Assembly (NCBI GenBank): GCA_021325135.1
Contig: JAJPHT010000046.1
Location: 1-64,000, forward strand
Source of the DNA: Pseudomonadota bacterium
Lineage (GTDB): Archaea > Thermoplasmatota > SW-10-69-26 > JACQPN01 > JAJPHT01
DNA length: 64,000 bases
Direction: 5' to 3'
Positions 9,684 to 19,383 of the stretch are shown here, piece after piece; within the stretch, counting starts at the first letter, position 1, and the number at the start of each line of letters is the position of its first letter. The translations under genes were made by a program, and so were the position numbers. Under the pieces are notes generated by a model. The model was not told where the DNA came from. It did not search any database and saw nothing but the letters and a program-made list of their open reading frames with translations.

Positions 9684-11567
9684 GTGCTCAAGGTCGACCT
9701 CGCCACGGTCCCCGAGGAGCCCGGCGTCTACCTGTTCAAGGACGACGCGGGGACCATCCTCTACGTGGGGAAGGCGGGGAGCCTCAAGGCGCGCCTCGCG
9801 AGCTACCGCGCCGGCAACCTCGACCCGCGCAAGGAGGCCATGCTGGAGAAGGCCACCAGGGTGGACCTCATCCTCACCACCTCCGAGAAGGAGGCGCTCC
9901 TCCTCGAAAGCTCGCTCATCAAGGCCAACCACCCGCGCTACAACGTCACGCTCACCGACGACAAGCGCTACCCGTTCATCCTGCTCACCGACCACCAGTA
10001 CCCGCGGGCGAGGATCGTGCGCGACACGCGCGCCAAGGGGCGCCTCTTCGGGCCCTTCCCCAACGCGGGCGCCGCGTGGCGGACGCTGAAGACCATGCAG
10101 GAGGTCTTCCGCATCCGCGACTGCAAGGAGCTGATCCCCGGCGGGTGCCTCAGCTACCAGATGCGCATGTGCTGGGGGCCGTGCATCAAGGACCCCGAGG
10201 AGCGGCGGCGCAAGACCGTGGACCGCGGCCTCTCCGACGTGGACCCCGAGGAACGATATCACGAGGCCGCGCAGCAGGCGGAGGCGTTCCTCAAGGGCGA
10301 CGCCGACCGCCTCGCCCGCGAATTGCAGCGCCAGATGGAGGAGGCCGCGAAGGGCGAGCAGTACGAGCGCGCCGCGCAGCTTCGCGACCGCCTCACCGCC
10401 ATCACGACCACGCTCCAGCACCAGGCCATCTTCGCGGGCGGCAAGGAGGACCGCGACGTCTTCACCGTCCACCGCGAAGGCCCCGCGTGGGTGGGCGTCG
10501 TCGTCCTCATGCGCCACGGCCAGGTGGCGGGCCAGGAGACGTTCTTCTTCCGCCAGGCGCAGGCCCACGAGGTGGGAGAGGTCCTGGCCGAGTTCATCCA
10601 GCGCTACTACGAGAACCTCCCCAGCGTGCCCCGCGAGGTGCTCGTCCCCGAGATGCCCCTGGGCCACGAGGGGCTCGCCGCGTGGCTCGCCGAGAAGCGC
10701 CAGGGCCCCGTGGACGTGCGCGTGCCGCAGAAGGGCGACCTCAGGCACGTCCTGGAGCACGCGCAGCGCAACGCCGAGTTCCGCCTGGGCCAGGAGCGCC
10801 TCAAGCGCGGCGAGGACGAGCACCGGAAGGAGCTTGTCGCGCTCCAGGCCGCGCTGAAGCTCCCCACGCTGCCGCGCCGGATCGAGTGCTTTGATATCTC
10901 GCACCTGGGCGGCACGGGCGTCGTCGCCAGCATGAGCGTGCTCCTGGACGGCCGCGCCGCGCCCTCCGAGTACCGCCGCTTCAAGGTGAGCACCGAGCGC
11001 AACGACGACTTCGCGGCCATGGAGGAGGTCGTCCGCCGCCGCTACTCGCGCCTTCAGAAGGAGGGGGGCGCCTTCCCGGACCTCGTCCTCATCGACGGCG
11101 GCATGGGGCAGCTCAACGCCGCGCGCGCCGCCCTCTCCGCGCTGGGCCTCGACGCGCAGCCCCTCGCCTCGCTGGCCAAGAAGGAGGAGGAGGTCTACCT
11201 TCCCAACCTGCTGCGGCCCCTCGCGCTGGGGCGCGCCAGCGACGCGCTGCTGCCCCTCATGCGCGTGCGCGACGAGGCCCACCGCTTCGCCGTGAGCTAT
11301 CAAAGGGCCAGCCGCAGGAAGCAGCTCCGCGAGAGCGCGCTGGACAGCGTGCCCGGCCTGGGCCCCGCCAAGAAGCGCGCCCTCCTCGCGCACTTCGGCA
11401 GCGTGGAGGACGTGCTGCGCGCCCGGGAGGAGGACCTCGCCCGCGTCCCCGGCATCGGGCCCAAGCTCGCCAAGGCCATCCTGGAGCCCGCCGCGGCCAG
11501 CAAGGCCGCCGAGTCCATCGCGCCCGCCGAGGAGGCCTCCTGGAAGCGCAAGCGCGACGCCGCGTGA
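9684..11567 (+). CDS. uvrC: excinuclease ABC subunit C
   Basis: GIY-YIG (PGVYLFKD..ILYVGKA), 4-Cys cluster, RIECFDISH, DLVLIDGG, RDEAHRFA, C-terminal HhH; GTG start inferred. Confidence 0.95.
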   Translation: MLKVDLATVPEEPGVYLFKDDAGTILYVGKAGSLKARLASYRAGNLDPRKEAMLEKATRVDLILTTSEKEALLLESSLIKANHPRYNVTLTDDKRYPFILLTDHQYPRARIVRDTRAKGRLFGPFPNAGAAWRTLKTMQEVFRIRDCKELIPGGCLSYQMRMCWGPCIKDPEERRRKTVDRGLSDVDPEERYHEAAQQAEAFLKGDADRLARELQRQMEEAAKGEQYERAAQLRDRLTAITTTLQHQAIFAGGKEDRDVFTVHREGPAWVGVVVLMRHGQVAGQETFFFRQAQAHEVGEVLAEFIQRYYENLPSVPREVLVPEMPLGHEGLAAWLAEKRQGPVDVRVPQKGDLRHVLEHAQRNAEFRLGQERLKRGEDEHRKELVALQAALKLPTLPRRIECFDISHLGGTGVVASMSVLLDGRAAPSEYRRFKVSTERNDDFAAMEEVVRRRYSRLQKEGGAFPDLVLIDGGMGQLNAARAALSALGLDAQPLASLAKKEEEVYLPNLLRPLALGRASDALLPLMRVRDEAHRFAVSYQRASRRKQLRESALDSVPGLGPAKKRALLAHFGSVEDVLRAREEDLARVPGIGPKLAKAILEPAAASKAAESIAPAEEASWKRKRDAA

Positions 11568-11572
11568 GCCGG

Positions 11573-13162
11573 TCAGCGCAGGAAGCGGAAGGTCGACCCG
11601 ATGAGGAGCGCGTGCAGGGCGCCCAGCGCCAGGACGGCCACGGTGAGCCAGGCGTGGAATTCCCGCGCCTCCTTCCAGCGCAGGGGCGCCCACTTCGCCA
11701 TGACGAGCCCGGAGGCGCCCAGGACGCCCAGCATCGCGAGCGCGAGATAGCCCGTCCAGACGCCGGCCGAGGCGTTGCCCGCGTAGGCCCCCGCCATGAG
11801 GACGGCGCCGTGGGTGAGCGCGACGAGGCTCGCGCCGACGGCGGGCAGGGCGTGGAGGTCGAGCCAGGCGGGCCAGCGCAGGCGCGGCGGGAGGCCCAGC
11901 AGCCGCCGGCGCCGCGCCTCCCAGCCCAGGTAGGCGGGCAGGAGCGTCAGCGGCACCGCGAGCCAGCCCAGCGCGCGGCCCCAGGTCGTGCCCAGCCCGC
12001 TCGTCTGCGAGCCCGCGAGGTCGAGCCTCCCCGCCGCGTGGCGCGCGGACGCGTTGACGATCCCCGCGCTGTGGTAGGGAAGGTCGTCGGGGGCGCCCCC
12101 GCCGTGGGCGAAGTGCGCCGTGGCGTCCAGCGAAAGGGGGAGCGCGCCGCCCGAGGGCACGAGAAAGCCCACCGTCGCGGTCTGGCCCGGGCGCAGCGTC
12201 GGGACGGGCCGCGTCTCGTTGCCCAGCTTCACCGTGGTCCCCGTCACGTCGTGATGCCACGGGTCGGCCACCGTGACGTTGACCCACGCCGTGCCGTCGG
12301 GGTTGGGCGCCACGTCCGTCGTCGCCTGGAAGGAGACGAAGCCCGCGTGGTGCGACTGGCAGTCGGCCTGCTCGGCCTTGCCCACGAGGTCCAGCGTGCT
12401 GCTGCCCGCCTCCACCTTGTCGACGTGGACCCGGACGCGCACGGTCTCCCCCGCCAGGGGCGGATTGAAGTCGACGCGCACCAAGGCGTCGTCCACCACC
12501 GTCACGCGCCCGTCCGAGGCCTGCCCGTCGTCCTCGACGTGCACGGGCGCGCCCACCGCGGGCTCGTGGCGGACGGTCACGGTCGCGTTGGTGAGGTTGA
12601 CCACCACCGAGGGCCAGTAGGGGTAGCGATGCACGGTCGCGTCAAGCGCGGGGTCCGCGCGGATCGTGACGGCGCGCGGGCCCACGGAGAGCACCGTCGC
12701 GGGCCACGCGGGCAGGTCGACCACGTCGCCGGGCGACGCGTCGTGGCCCAGGTAGCGCGCAAGCTGCTGGCGCGAGACCTGGCTCACGCGCTGGAGCGTC
12801 TCCACGCGGGAGACGTTCACGACGTCGCCCCACGACCAGCTGCCGAACGCGCCCGCGGGGCCCAGGGTCGCGTTGAGCGTCTCCCCCGCCGAGGCGTTGA
12901 CGAGCGCGTCCGCGAGGCCGGGCAGCACGTCGCCGGGCACGCCCGCCGTGAACCTCTCGGGCTGCGGCGTCGAGTAGACGAGCGTGCCATTCGCAGTGTC
13001 GAAGGCGTCGACGCTCGCCAGAACGATATCGCCGGGCTGCGCGACGTCCACGGTGACGCTCTGCGCGGGCGGCGCGAACGCGCCGAAGGGCACGCTCAGC
13101 GCGAGGGGCGCCAGGATGGCGAGCGCGGAGGCGGCGACCACGAGAAGGAGGCGCCAGCGCAC
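11573..13162 (-). CDS. exported FKBP/SlyD-type PPIase-like domain fused to an Ig-like domain and a His-containing 4-TM (cytochrome b/ferric reductase-like) domain
   Basis: Signal peptide; VLPGLADAL, LGPAGAFG, VDFNPPLAGETV (FKBP/SlyD); TM histidines WLDLH, LTHG, REFHAW, LHAL; start uncertain. Confidence 0.6.
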   Translation of the reverse strand: MRWRLLLVVAASALAILAPLALSVPFGAFAPPAQSVTVDVAQPGDIVLASVDAFDTANGTLVYSTPQPERFTAGVPGDVLPGLADALVNASAGETLNATLGPAGAFGSWSWGDVVNVSRVETLQRVSQVSRQQLARYLGHDASPGDVVDLPAWPATVLSVGPRAVTIRADPALDATVHRYPYWPSVVVNLTNATVTVRHEPAVGAPVHVEDDGQASDGRVTVVDDALVRVDFNPPLAGETVRVRVHVDKVEAGSSTLDLVGKAEQADCQSHHAGFVSFQATTDVAPNPDGTAWVNVTVADPWHHDVTGTTVKLGNETRPVPTLRPGQTATVGFLVPSGGALPLSLDATAHFAHGGGAPDDLPYHSAGIVNASARHAAGRLDLAGSQTSGLGTTWGRALGWLAVPLTLLPAYLGWEARRRRLLGLPPRLRWPAWLDLHALPAVGASLVALTHGAVLMAGAYAGNASAGVWTGYLALAMLGVLGASGLVMAKWAPLRWKEAREFHAWLTVAVLALGALHALLIGSTFRFLR

Positions 13163-13256
13163 GGGAGCGCGACTCCGCCCGCGCGGCCAAGGCGTTTCCG
13201 GCACGAACCTTGCGTCCGCGCGAAAGGATGATCGCCTCCGGGCGGCATGGCGCCGC

Positions 13257-13547
13257 GTGGCCGAGCCCTACGAGTACGTCGCCCCGCTCATCACGGCGCT
13301 CCTGGCGCTGATCCCCCTGGTCGCGCTGGCGAGGGCGTGGCGCCGCACGCGCTCGACGCGCCTCCTGCTCGCGGCCGCGGCGTTCGCCACGTTCTTCGCC
13401 AGCGGCGTCGCCCTCTTCACCCTCGCGATCCTCGACCCCGCGACCTCGGACGCCGTGGAGTGGATCGAGTTCGCGAGCGACGTCGCCATCGTCGGCCTCT
13501 TCGCGCTCTCCTTCCTCTGGCCGCGGAATGAGCCGAATGCCGCCTGA
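13257..13547 (+). CDS. small 3-TM membrane protein
   Basis: Hydrophobic C-terminal part of ORF 12984..13547; overlaps the downstream HTH gene. Confidence 0.6.
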   Translation: MAEPYEYVAPLITALLALIPLVALARAWRRTRSTRLLLAAAAFATFFASGVALFTLAILDPATSDAVEWIEFASDVAIVGLFALSFLWPRNEPNAA

Positions 13548-14049
13548 CCCCGTCGAGATCGGGCCGCGGCGCGACCTCTTGGCCCTGGTCCGCGCGCATC
13601 CGGGCATGCACCTGCGCGAGCTGGAGCGCGCGAGCGGGCTCGCCCTGGGCGCGCTGCGCCACCACCTGGACTACCTCCTGGCGGCGGGCCTGGTCAAGGA
13701 CGAGGAGGACGGGCGCCTGCGCCGCGTCTACCCGGCGGGCCTCGACCCCCCGCTGCGGAAGGCCCTCGCCGCGCTGCGCCCCCGCGCCCACCGCGCCGTC
13801 GTCCTGCACCTGCTCAACCATCCCGGCGGGACGACGCGGGACGTGGCCGCGGCGCTGGCGTTCCCCGAGACGACGGCGGGCCACTACCTGCGCGCGCTCG
13901 CGTCCGCGGGCATCGTCGTGCGCGAGCGCGCGGGGCACCGCCTCGCGGACCCGGAGGCCGTGGTGCGCGCGCTGGTCGCGTACCGGCCCAGCTTCGCGGA
14001 TCGGCTCGTGGACGCGGCCCTGGAGATCTGGTTCGAGACGGGGGACTAG
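13537..14049 (+). CDS. tandem winged-helix transcriptional regulator
   Basis: Two HTH repeats: HPGMHLREL..LRHHLDYL and HPGGTTRDV..GHYLRAL. Confidence 0.8.
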   Translation: MPPDPVEIGPRRDLLALVRAHPGMHLRELERASGLALGALRHHLDYLLAAGLVKDEEDGRLRRVYPAGLDPPLRKALAALRPRAHRAVVLHLLNHPGGTTRDVAAALAFPETTAGHYLRALASAGIVVRERAGHRLADPEAVVRALVAYRPSFADRLVDAALEIWFETGD

Positions 14050-14111
14050 CGCCGGCAGGAAAGGTTCTTGACAGCCACCCGCTTTCCCGGCCCAATCAAG
14101 GGGACTTACCC

Positions 14112-15241
14112 ATGGCGAACGGCACGTGGAAGGCCGGCCTCGAGGGCGTGGTCGCCGGCAAGACGGCGCTGAGCATGGTGGACGGCCAGCAGGGCCGCCT
14201 CACGTACCGCGGCTTCGACATCGGCGACCTCGCGCGCAGCTCGTCGTTCGAGGAGGTCGCGCACCTCCTCTGGCACGGCAAGCTCCCCACCAAGGCCGAG
14301 CTGGCCGACACGCGGGAGCGCCTCGCCAAGGAGCGCGCGCTCCCCAACGACGTCGTCGCGCTGCTGAAGGTCCTCGCCGGCCGCAGCCCCCCATGGACGC
14401 GCTGCGCACCAGCGTCAGCGCCCTCTCCCCCTTCGACCCCGACGTGGAGAAGAACGACCCCGCTGGAAATCTGCGCAAGGCGCACCGCATCACGGCCAAG
14501 ACCGCCACCATCATCGCGTCCTACCACCGCCTCCGCGAGGGGCAGGACCCCATCGCGCCCCGCACGGACCTCAGCCACGCCGCGAACTTCCTCTACATGC
14601 TCTCGGGCAAGGAGCCCGACGCCGAGATCGCCCGCGACTTCGACGTGGCGCTGGTGCTGCACGCGGACCACGGGTTCAACGCCAGCACGTTCAGCGCGCG
14701 CGTCACCGCCAGCACGCTCAGCGACATGCACAGCGCCATCACCAGCGCCGTGGGCACGCTCAAGGGCCCCCTGCACGGCGGCGCCAACGAGGCCGTCATG
14801 CACATGCTGGAGGACATCGGCAGCGCGGACAAGGCCGAGAAGTACATCGTCGAGAAGCTGGGCGCCAAGGAGAAGATCCCCGGCTTCGGCCACCGCATCT
14901 ACAAGGTCCTCGACCCCCGCGCGCCCTACCTCAAGGACATGAGCCACCGCCTCGGCCAGCGCGGCGGCAACCTCCAGTGGTACGAGATGAGCACCAAGAT
15001 CCAGGCCAAGGTCAAGGCCATGAAGGGGCTCGACGCCAACGTGGACTTCTACAGCGCCTCCACGTACCACAGCATGAACATCCCCACGGACCTGTTCACG
15101 CCCATCTTCGCCCTCTCCCGGGTGGCCGGCTGGAGCGCCCACGTCATGGAGCAGCTCTCCGACAACCGCCTCTACCGACCCGACGCCGAGTACGTCGGGC
15201 CCGACCGGCAGGAGTACGTCCCCCTGGAGAAGCGGGGGTAG
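14112..15241 (+). pseudogene. citrate (or 2-methylcitrate) synthase with a single frameshift at the C6 run 14387-14392 (possibly a sequencing error)
   Basis: Frame 1 gives GLEGVVAG..GRLTYRG; frame 2 continues PMDALRT..HADHGFNAST..GPLHGGAN..GFGHRIY..NVDFYS. Confidence 0.85.
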
Positions 15242-15348
15242 ACATCTCCCCACCCTTGACACGAGGATGGGGGCCCGTTGCCTCCTGTGAACCTCCGGGA
15301 AGCGCCCGCCGAAAGGGTCATGGCAAGTAGGCGCAGAGCACGTCGGGC

Positions 15349-15594
15349 TTGTGTGGCCCCGAGGTCCCCTGGGACTGGCTGATGATGGACATCAGCTTCG
15401 TCATGGTGCTGGTGGGTGGCGGGATGACGCTGCGCGTGCGGGGAGTGAGCCCGTTCACGTGGCTCGCCTTCGGCCTCCTGTCGACGTGCGTCGGCGGGTT
15501 CCTCTTCGCGGCCACGGCGGAAGCCAACGCCGCGCTGGTGGCGGGAGCGCAAACCGCTTCCAACGTGGCGATGCTCGCCGGCTGCTCCCCATGA
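15349..15594 (+). CDS. small membrane protein
   Basis: 81-aa hydrophobic ORF whose stop overlaps the next start (ATGA); start uncertain. Confidence 0.35.
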   Translation: MCGPEVPWDWLMMDISFVMVLVGGGMTLRVRGVSPFTWLAFGLLSTCVGGFLFAATAEANAALVAGAQTASNVAMLAGCSP

Positions 15595-16064
15595 CGTGGC
15601 AGGATCGCCTCCGGCGGGAAGGCGCGCTCCAGCGCTACCCGCACCACGACCTCGTGTACCACGTCGGGCTCGCCCCGCCCGTGCCTCCGGAGTACGCGGT
15701 GCCGGGCCTCGTCGGGCTGACGTTCCGCCTGGGGCGGCGCCCCGGCGGAGGGCCCCTCTACGCGACGCTCCTGGACGCCGCCGCGGCGGTGCGCCTGGGC
15801 CAGCGGCTCGGCCTCGGGGAGGCCGAGTCGGTGGCCATGGTGGACAGCCACGAGCGCGTGCACGTCGCGCTCCAGCTCGACTACGAGCGCCTGGACGAGG
15901 TGCCCCCCGAGACGGAGGAGCGCCACTCGCACGTCGCGGACGCCGCGTGGCTCTCCCTGCGCCACCCGCGCGCGGAGCGCCTCGTGGAGGAGTCCGGCGG
16001 CCGCATCCTCGACGTCATGGGGCGCGGCTTCTGGAGCCTCCTCGTGGACGAGGCGCAGGAATAG
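15591..16064 (+). CDS. hypothetical protein
   Basis: MTWQDRLRREG..., typical high-GC3 codon usage. Confidence 0.6.
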   Translation: MTWQDRLRREGALQRYPHHDLVYHVGLAPPVPPEYAVPGLVGLTFRLGRRPGGGPLYATLLDAAAAVRLGQRLGLGEAESVAMVDSHERVHVALQLDYERLDEVPPETEERHSHVADAAWLSLRHPRAERLVEESGGRILDVMGRGFWSLLVDEAQE

Positions 16065-16168
16065 GGCACCCACCGGTGGTGGAACTGACGGCCGAGTGCC
16101 CCGGCCTGTGATGGGCCTTCCCGGCATGGACTCCCCGGCCAGCGCCGGTGCGCCCCAGCGGCGGGGCG

Positions 16169-16873
16169 CTAGGCCTGCTGGCGCCCCAGGTAGAAGCGCC
16201 GGTAGAGGCGCCCCCAGAAGGGGTTGGGGAAGAACGTGAGGAGGGGCACGGCGACGCAGATCACGAACCCCGCCACGGGGTTGACCAGGGCGACGACCAG
16301 CGCGACGGCGAAGAGGACGGGCCCCACGGCAATGGCGACGCGCGTGCCGCGGAAGATGCGCCGGTCGAACACCGGGTTGAGCATGAGCGGGTCCTTGGTC
16401 GCGTAGAGGAGCATCTGCTGGAGCGCGAGGCCGCAGAGGATGAGGTTCACGCAGTAGAGCAGGATGGCGAGGCGGTCGAAGGGGAAGCTGCCCAGGTAGT
16501 GCGTGGAGAAGGGGACGAGGCTCACGAAGAGGAGGTAGAGCACGGTGGAGACCATGAGCGGCCGGTCGGAGCGGATGATGTAGTGGAACGCGATGGCGTG
16601 GGCCACCCAGTACGTGCCCAGCAGGATGAACGACATCGCGTAGACCAGCAGCGGGATGTGGAAATCGGCCCAGAACTCGGCCGGCGTGAGGGCCGGGCGG
16701 TTGAAGTCCGCGATCATGGTGAACGCCAGGAGCGTCATGGCGATGCTGAACACGCCGTCGCTGAGGCTCTTGATGCGGGAGGTGTCGCTGTAGTGCGACT
16801 CGTGGTCCAGGTCGTGGACCTTCTCCGGGATGTGGGGGCGCAGGCGCTCGGCGCGCGACTCTTGGCGGGCCAT
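16169..16873 (-). CDS. TMEM175-family (DUF1211) potassium channel
   Basis: RIKSLSDGVFSIAMTLL signature, YWVAH, LVPFST; multiple TM segments. Confidence 0.85.
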   Translation of the reverse strand: MARQESRAERLRPHIPEKVHDLDHESHYSDTSRIKSLSDGVFSIAMTLLAFTMIADFNRPALTPAEFWADFHIPLLVYAMSFILLGTYWVAHAIAFHYIIRSDRPLMVSTVLYLLFVSLVPFSTHYLGSFPFDRLAILLYCVNLILCGLALQQMLLYATKDPLMLNPVFDRRIFRGTRVAIAVGPVLFAVALVVALVNPVAGFVICVAVPLLTFFPNPFWGRLYRRFYLGRQQA

Positions 16874-16922
16874 GCTGCCGCAGCACGCCACGCCCGCGGA
16901 TGAGGGCTTCCAAGGCGCGCGC

Positions 16923-17387
16923 TCAGCGCGGCAGGCCCAGGACCTCGACGTGGAGGCGCACGGAGCCGCTCCGCTGGGAGACGAGGAGCGCCTGGTGGCC
17001 CGCCGCCGCGGGGGAGCACTCGAACGAAAGGGTCTGCCCCTGGGCGGTGAGGTCGCCGAAGGAGTGGCCGCAGCCCAGGCCGTCGGCGCGCAGGCCCACG
17101 GTGGCGCCCTGGAGCAGCGTGACCGAGACGCGGACGCCGCTGAGGTTCGCGGGGACGTCCACGGGGACGGACACGCTGTCGTTCACCGGGCCCACGTCGG
17201 GGAGCGTCGCGTTGGCCAGGGGGAAGGGCGCGCGGGGGGAGGGCGCCAGGGCGGCCGGGGCGAGGGGCGCGCCCGTGGAGGCGAGGGCCGCCGGCTGGGG
17301 CGCGTCCGCGAAGAGGGCGATTGCGGCGAACGCGAGGAGGCTGCCCAGGGCGAACGCCGCCAGGAGCCCGAGTCCGAGCCTCCGCAT
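16923..17387 (-). CDS. secreted or membrane-anchored hypothetical protein
   Basis: N-terminal hydrophobic MRRLGLGLLAAFALG, beta-rich C-terminus. Confidence 0.55.
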   Translation of the reverse strand: MRRLGLGLLAAFALGSLLAFAAIALFADAPQPAALASTGAPLAPAALAPSPRAPFPLANATLPDVGPVNDSVSVPVDVPANLSGVRVSVTLLQGATVGLRADGLGCGHSFGDLTAQGQTLSFECSPAAAGHQALLVSQRSGSVRLHVEVLGLPR

Positions 17388-17505
17388 GGCCCGGCCCAGG
17401 GGTGGGGGGAGCTTGACCGTTGTGGCGGCAGCGTCGTCCGGTGGCCGCGCAAGGCCGCGGCAGGAAAGCACTTGACCCGGCTCGGGCCTCGCCGGCCGAT
17501 CCGCG

Positions 17506-19032
17506 ATGCCCCGCGCCCTGCTCCTTGCCGCGCTGCTCCTCCTGCCCGCCCTGGCGGGGTGCCTGGGCGCCCAGCCCTCGGCCACCCCCGCGTCGGGCTC
17601 CGCCGCCTGCGTGGCGGGCTCCGCCGCGTGCGCCATCGTGGACGGCGCGTCCACCGTGGCGCCCAAGGAGCGGCAGGCCAACGAGCTCTCCATCGCGGTG
17701 AACCCGACGAACCCGCTCAACGTCATCGCGACGGGCAAGGACTACACGCCCGACGAGGCGGGCGACTGCACGTGGGCGGGCGTGTACGCGACGACGGACG
17801 GCGGCAAGACGTGGAAGGACCAGAACGTGCCGGGCTCCCCGTGGAAGATGCGCAGCGACCCCACGGCCGCGCAGGACCGCACTCCCTTCAGCACCTTCTG
17901 GTGCGCCACCGACCCCGTCGTGCGCTTCGGCCCCGACGGCACGGCGTACTGGGCCGTCATGCCCTACCAGTGCGACCCGGCCTCCGGCAGCAAGACCGGC
18001 GAGGGCACGCTCCCCCAGGGCGGGCTCAACGACTTCGCGTTCACGTGCAGCGCGATGTACATCCTCGTCTCCACCGACGGGGGCCTCACGTGGCCCTTGG
18101 ACAAGGCGCGGCAGATCAGCACGGGCGGCTACCTGGTCCACGACAAGGAGTGGATCGCCGTCTCGCAGGACGGCAACCGCCTCGTCTACTGCTGGGACTA
18201 CCAGGGGCTTGGCGCCACGACGCCCGACATGATGGTCCACGCGCCCGACCCCAACGAGAGCGGCGTCGTGTGCAGCGTCTCCAAGGACAAGGCCAACACG
18301 TGGAGCGACTTCGCCTTCGCGACCGCCGTGGGCGGCAGCCCCGAGGTGGACTTCGACGCCAAGGGCAAGGCGTGGATGGTCGTCACCGGCGCGGATGGCC
18401 ACTACGTGCTCTCCAGCGACGACGGCCTGAAGTGGAGCCAGCCCGTGAAGGCGGCCACGTTCAAGGACCCCAGCGCGCAGAACGCCCACGGCCGCAACGT
18501 GCTCAACGGCAGCGAGTTCCGCGTCTCCTCCTACGGCACCATCGCCGTGGACCGCGGCAACGGCACGCACGCCGGGCGCGTCTACGTGGCGTACTTCGAC
18601 TACAGCGCGGGCAACGGCGAGACGATGCTCGTCTGGAGCGACGACGGCAAGACGTGGAGCCAGCCCGTCCGCGTGAACGACGACGCGGGCAGCGCCGACC
18701 AGTTCCTCCCCGCCTTGAGCGTGGGCCCCGACGGCACGGTGGACGTCTCGTGGCAGGACCGCCGCGACGACCCCGCCAACCACCTCTTCGCGACGTACTA
18801 CGCGTACAGCCTCGACGGGGGCGCCACCTTCTCGCGCAACCAGCGCGTCAGCAGCGCGCTCTCGGACGAGCAGTACTCGCACCACCAGAACGGCGACGTC
18901 TTCCTGGGCGACTACCGCGACATGGGCTCCTCGCGCGGCTCCGCCACCATGGTGTGGGTCGACACGAGGAACCACAAGGCCGATGCCTTCGTGGCGACGG
19001 TGCCGCGGCCCTCGGCGGACGCCGCGCGGTGA
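17506..19032 (+). CDS. BNR/Asp-box (sialidase-like) lipoprotein
   Basis: Lipobox ALAGC; Asp-boxes TTDGGKTW, STDGGLTW, SDDGKTW, SLDGGATF; close paralogue at 51326. Confidence 0.8.
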   Translation: MPRALLLAALLLLPALAGCLGAQPSATPASGSAACVAGSAACAIVDGASTVAPKERQANELSIAVNPTNPLNVIATGKDYTPDEAGDCTWAGVYATTDGGKTWKDQNVPGSPWKMRSDPTAAQDRTPFSTFWCATDPVVRFGPDGTAYWAVMPYQCDPASGSKTGEGTLPQGGLNDFAFTCSAMYILVSTDGGLTWPLDKARQISTGGYLVHDKEWIAVSQDGNRLVYCWDYQGLGATTPDMMVHAPDPNESGVVCSVSKDKANTWSDFAFATAVGGSPEVDFDAKGKAWMVVTGADGHYVLSSDDGLKWSQPVKAATFKDPSAQNAHGRNVLNGSEFRVSSYGTIAVDRGNGTHAGRVYVAYFDYSAGNGETMLVWSDDGKTWSQPVRVNDDAGSADQFLPALSVGPDGTVDVSWQDRRDDPANHLFATYYAYSLDGGATFSRNQRVSSALSDEQYSHHQNGDVFLGDYRDMGSSRGSATMVWVDTRNHKADAFVATVPRPSADAAR

Positions 19033-19383
19033 GGGCCTCGCTCCGGATCGCCGCTGCCGGCTCGCGTGTGGTGAAGGACGAGCGCTCCACGGTCTCGCAT
19101 CCGCGGCCCCCTGAAACCCCGTTGCAGTCGGGTACCGTCCAACTGAATCAAGCGCATTGCGGGTTCTGTGTCCAAATCAGGTCGGACCGACCAGTCAAAT
19201 TCCCGCTCGGCACCCACTCAGGATACGCTTTGCGAGCAAGACGCGTTCCGTGGAGACGAAGAATCTCACCGAGTAGTTCCAGTGGAAGTTGAAGTTCTCC
19301 CTGCGCGCGAGAATTCTCTGCAAGAGTGGCCGACGATACCGGCAGAGCTTAAGGCGGAGGGCAAACCTTGGCTTAGAGTCCTG

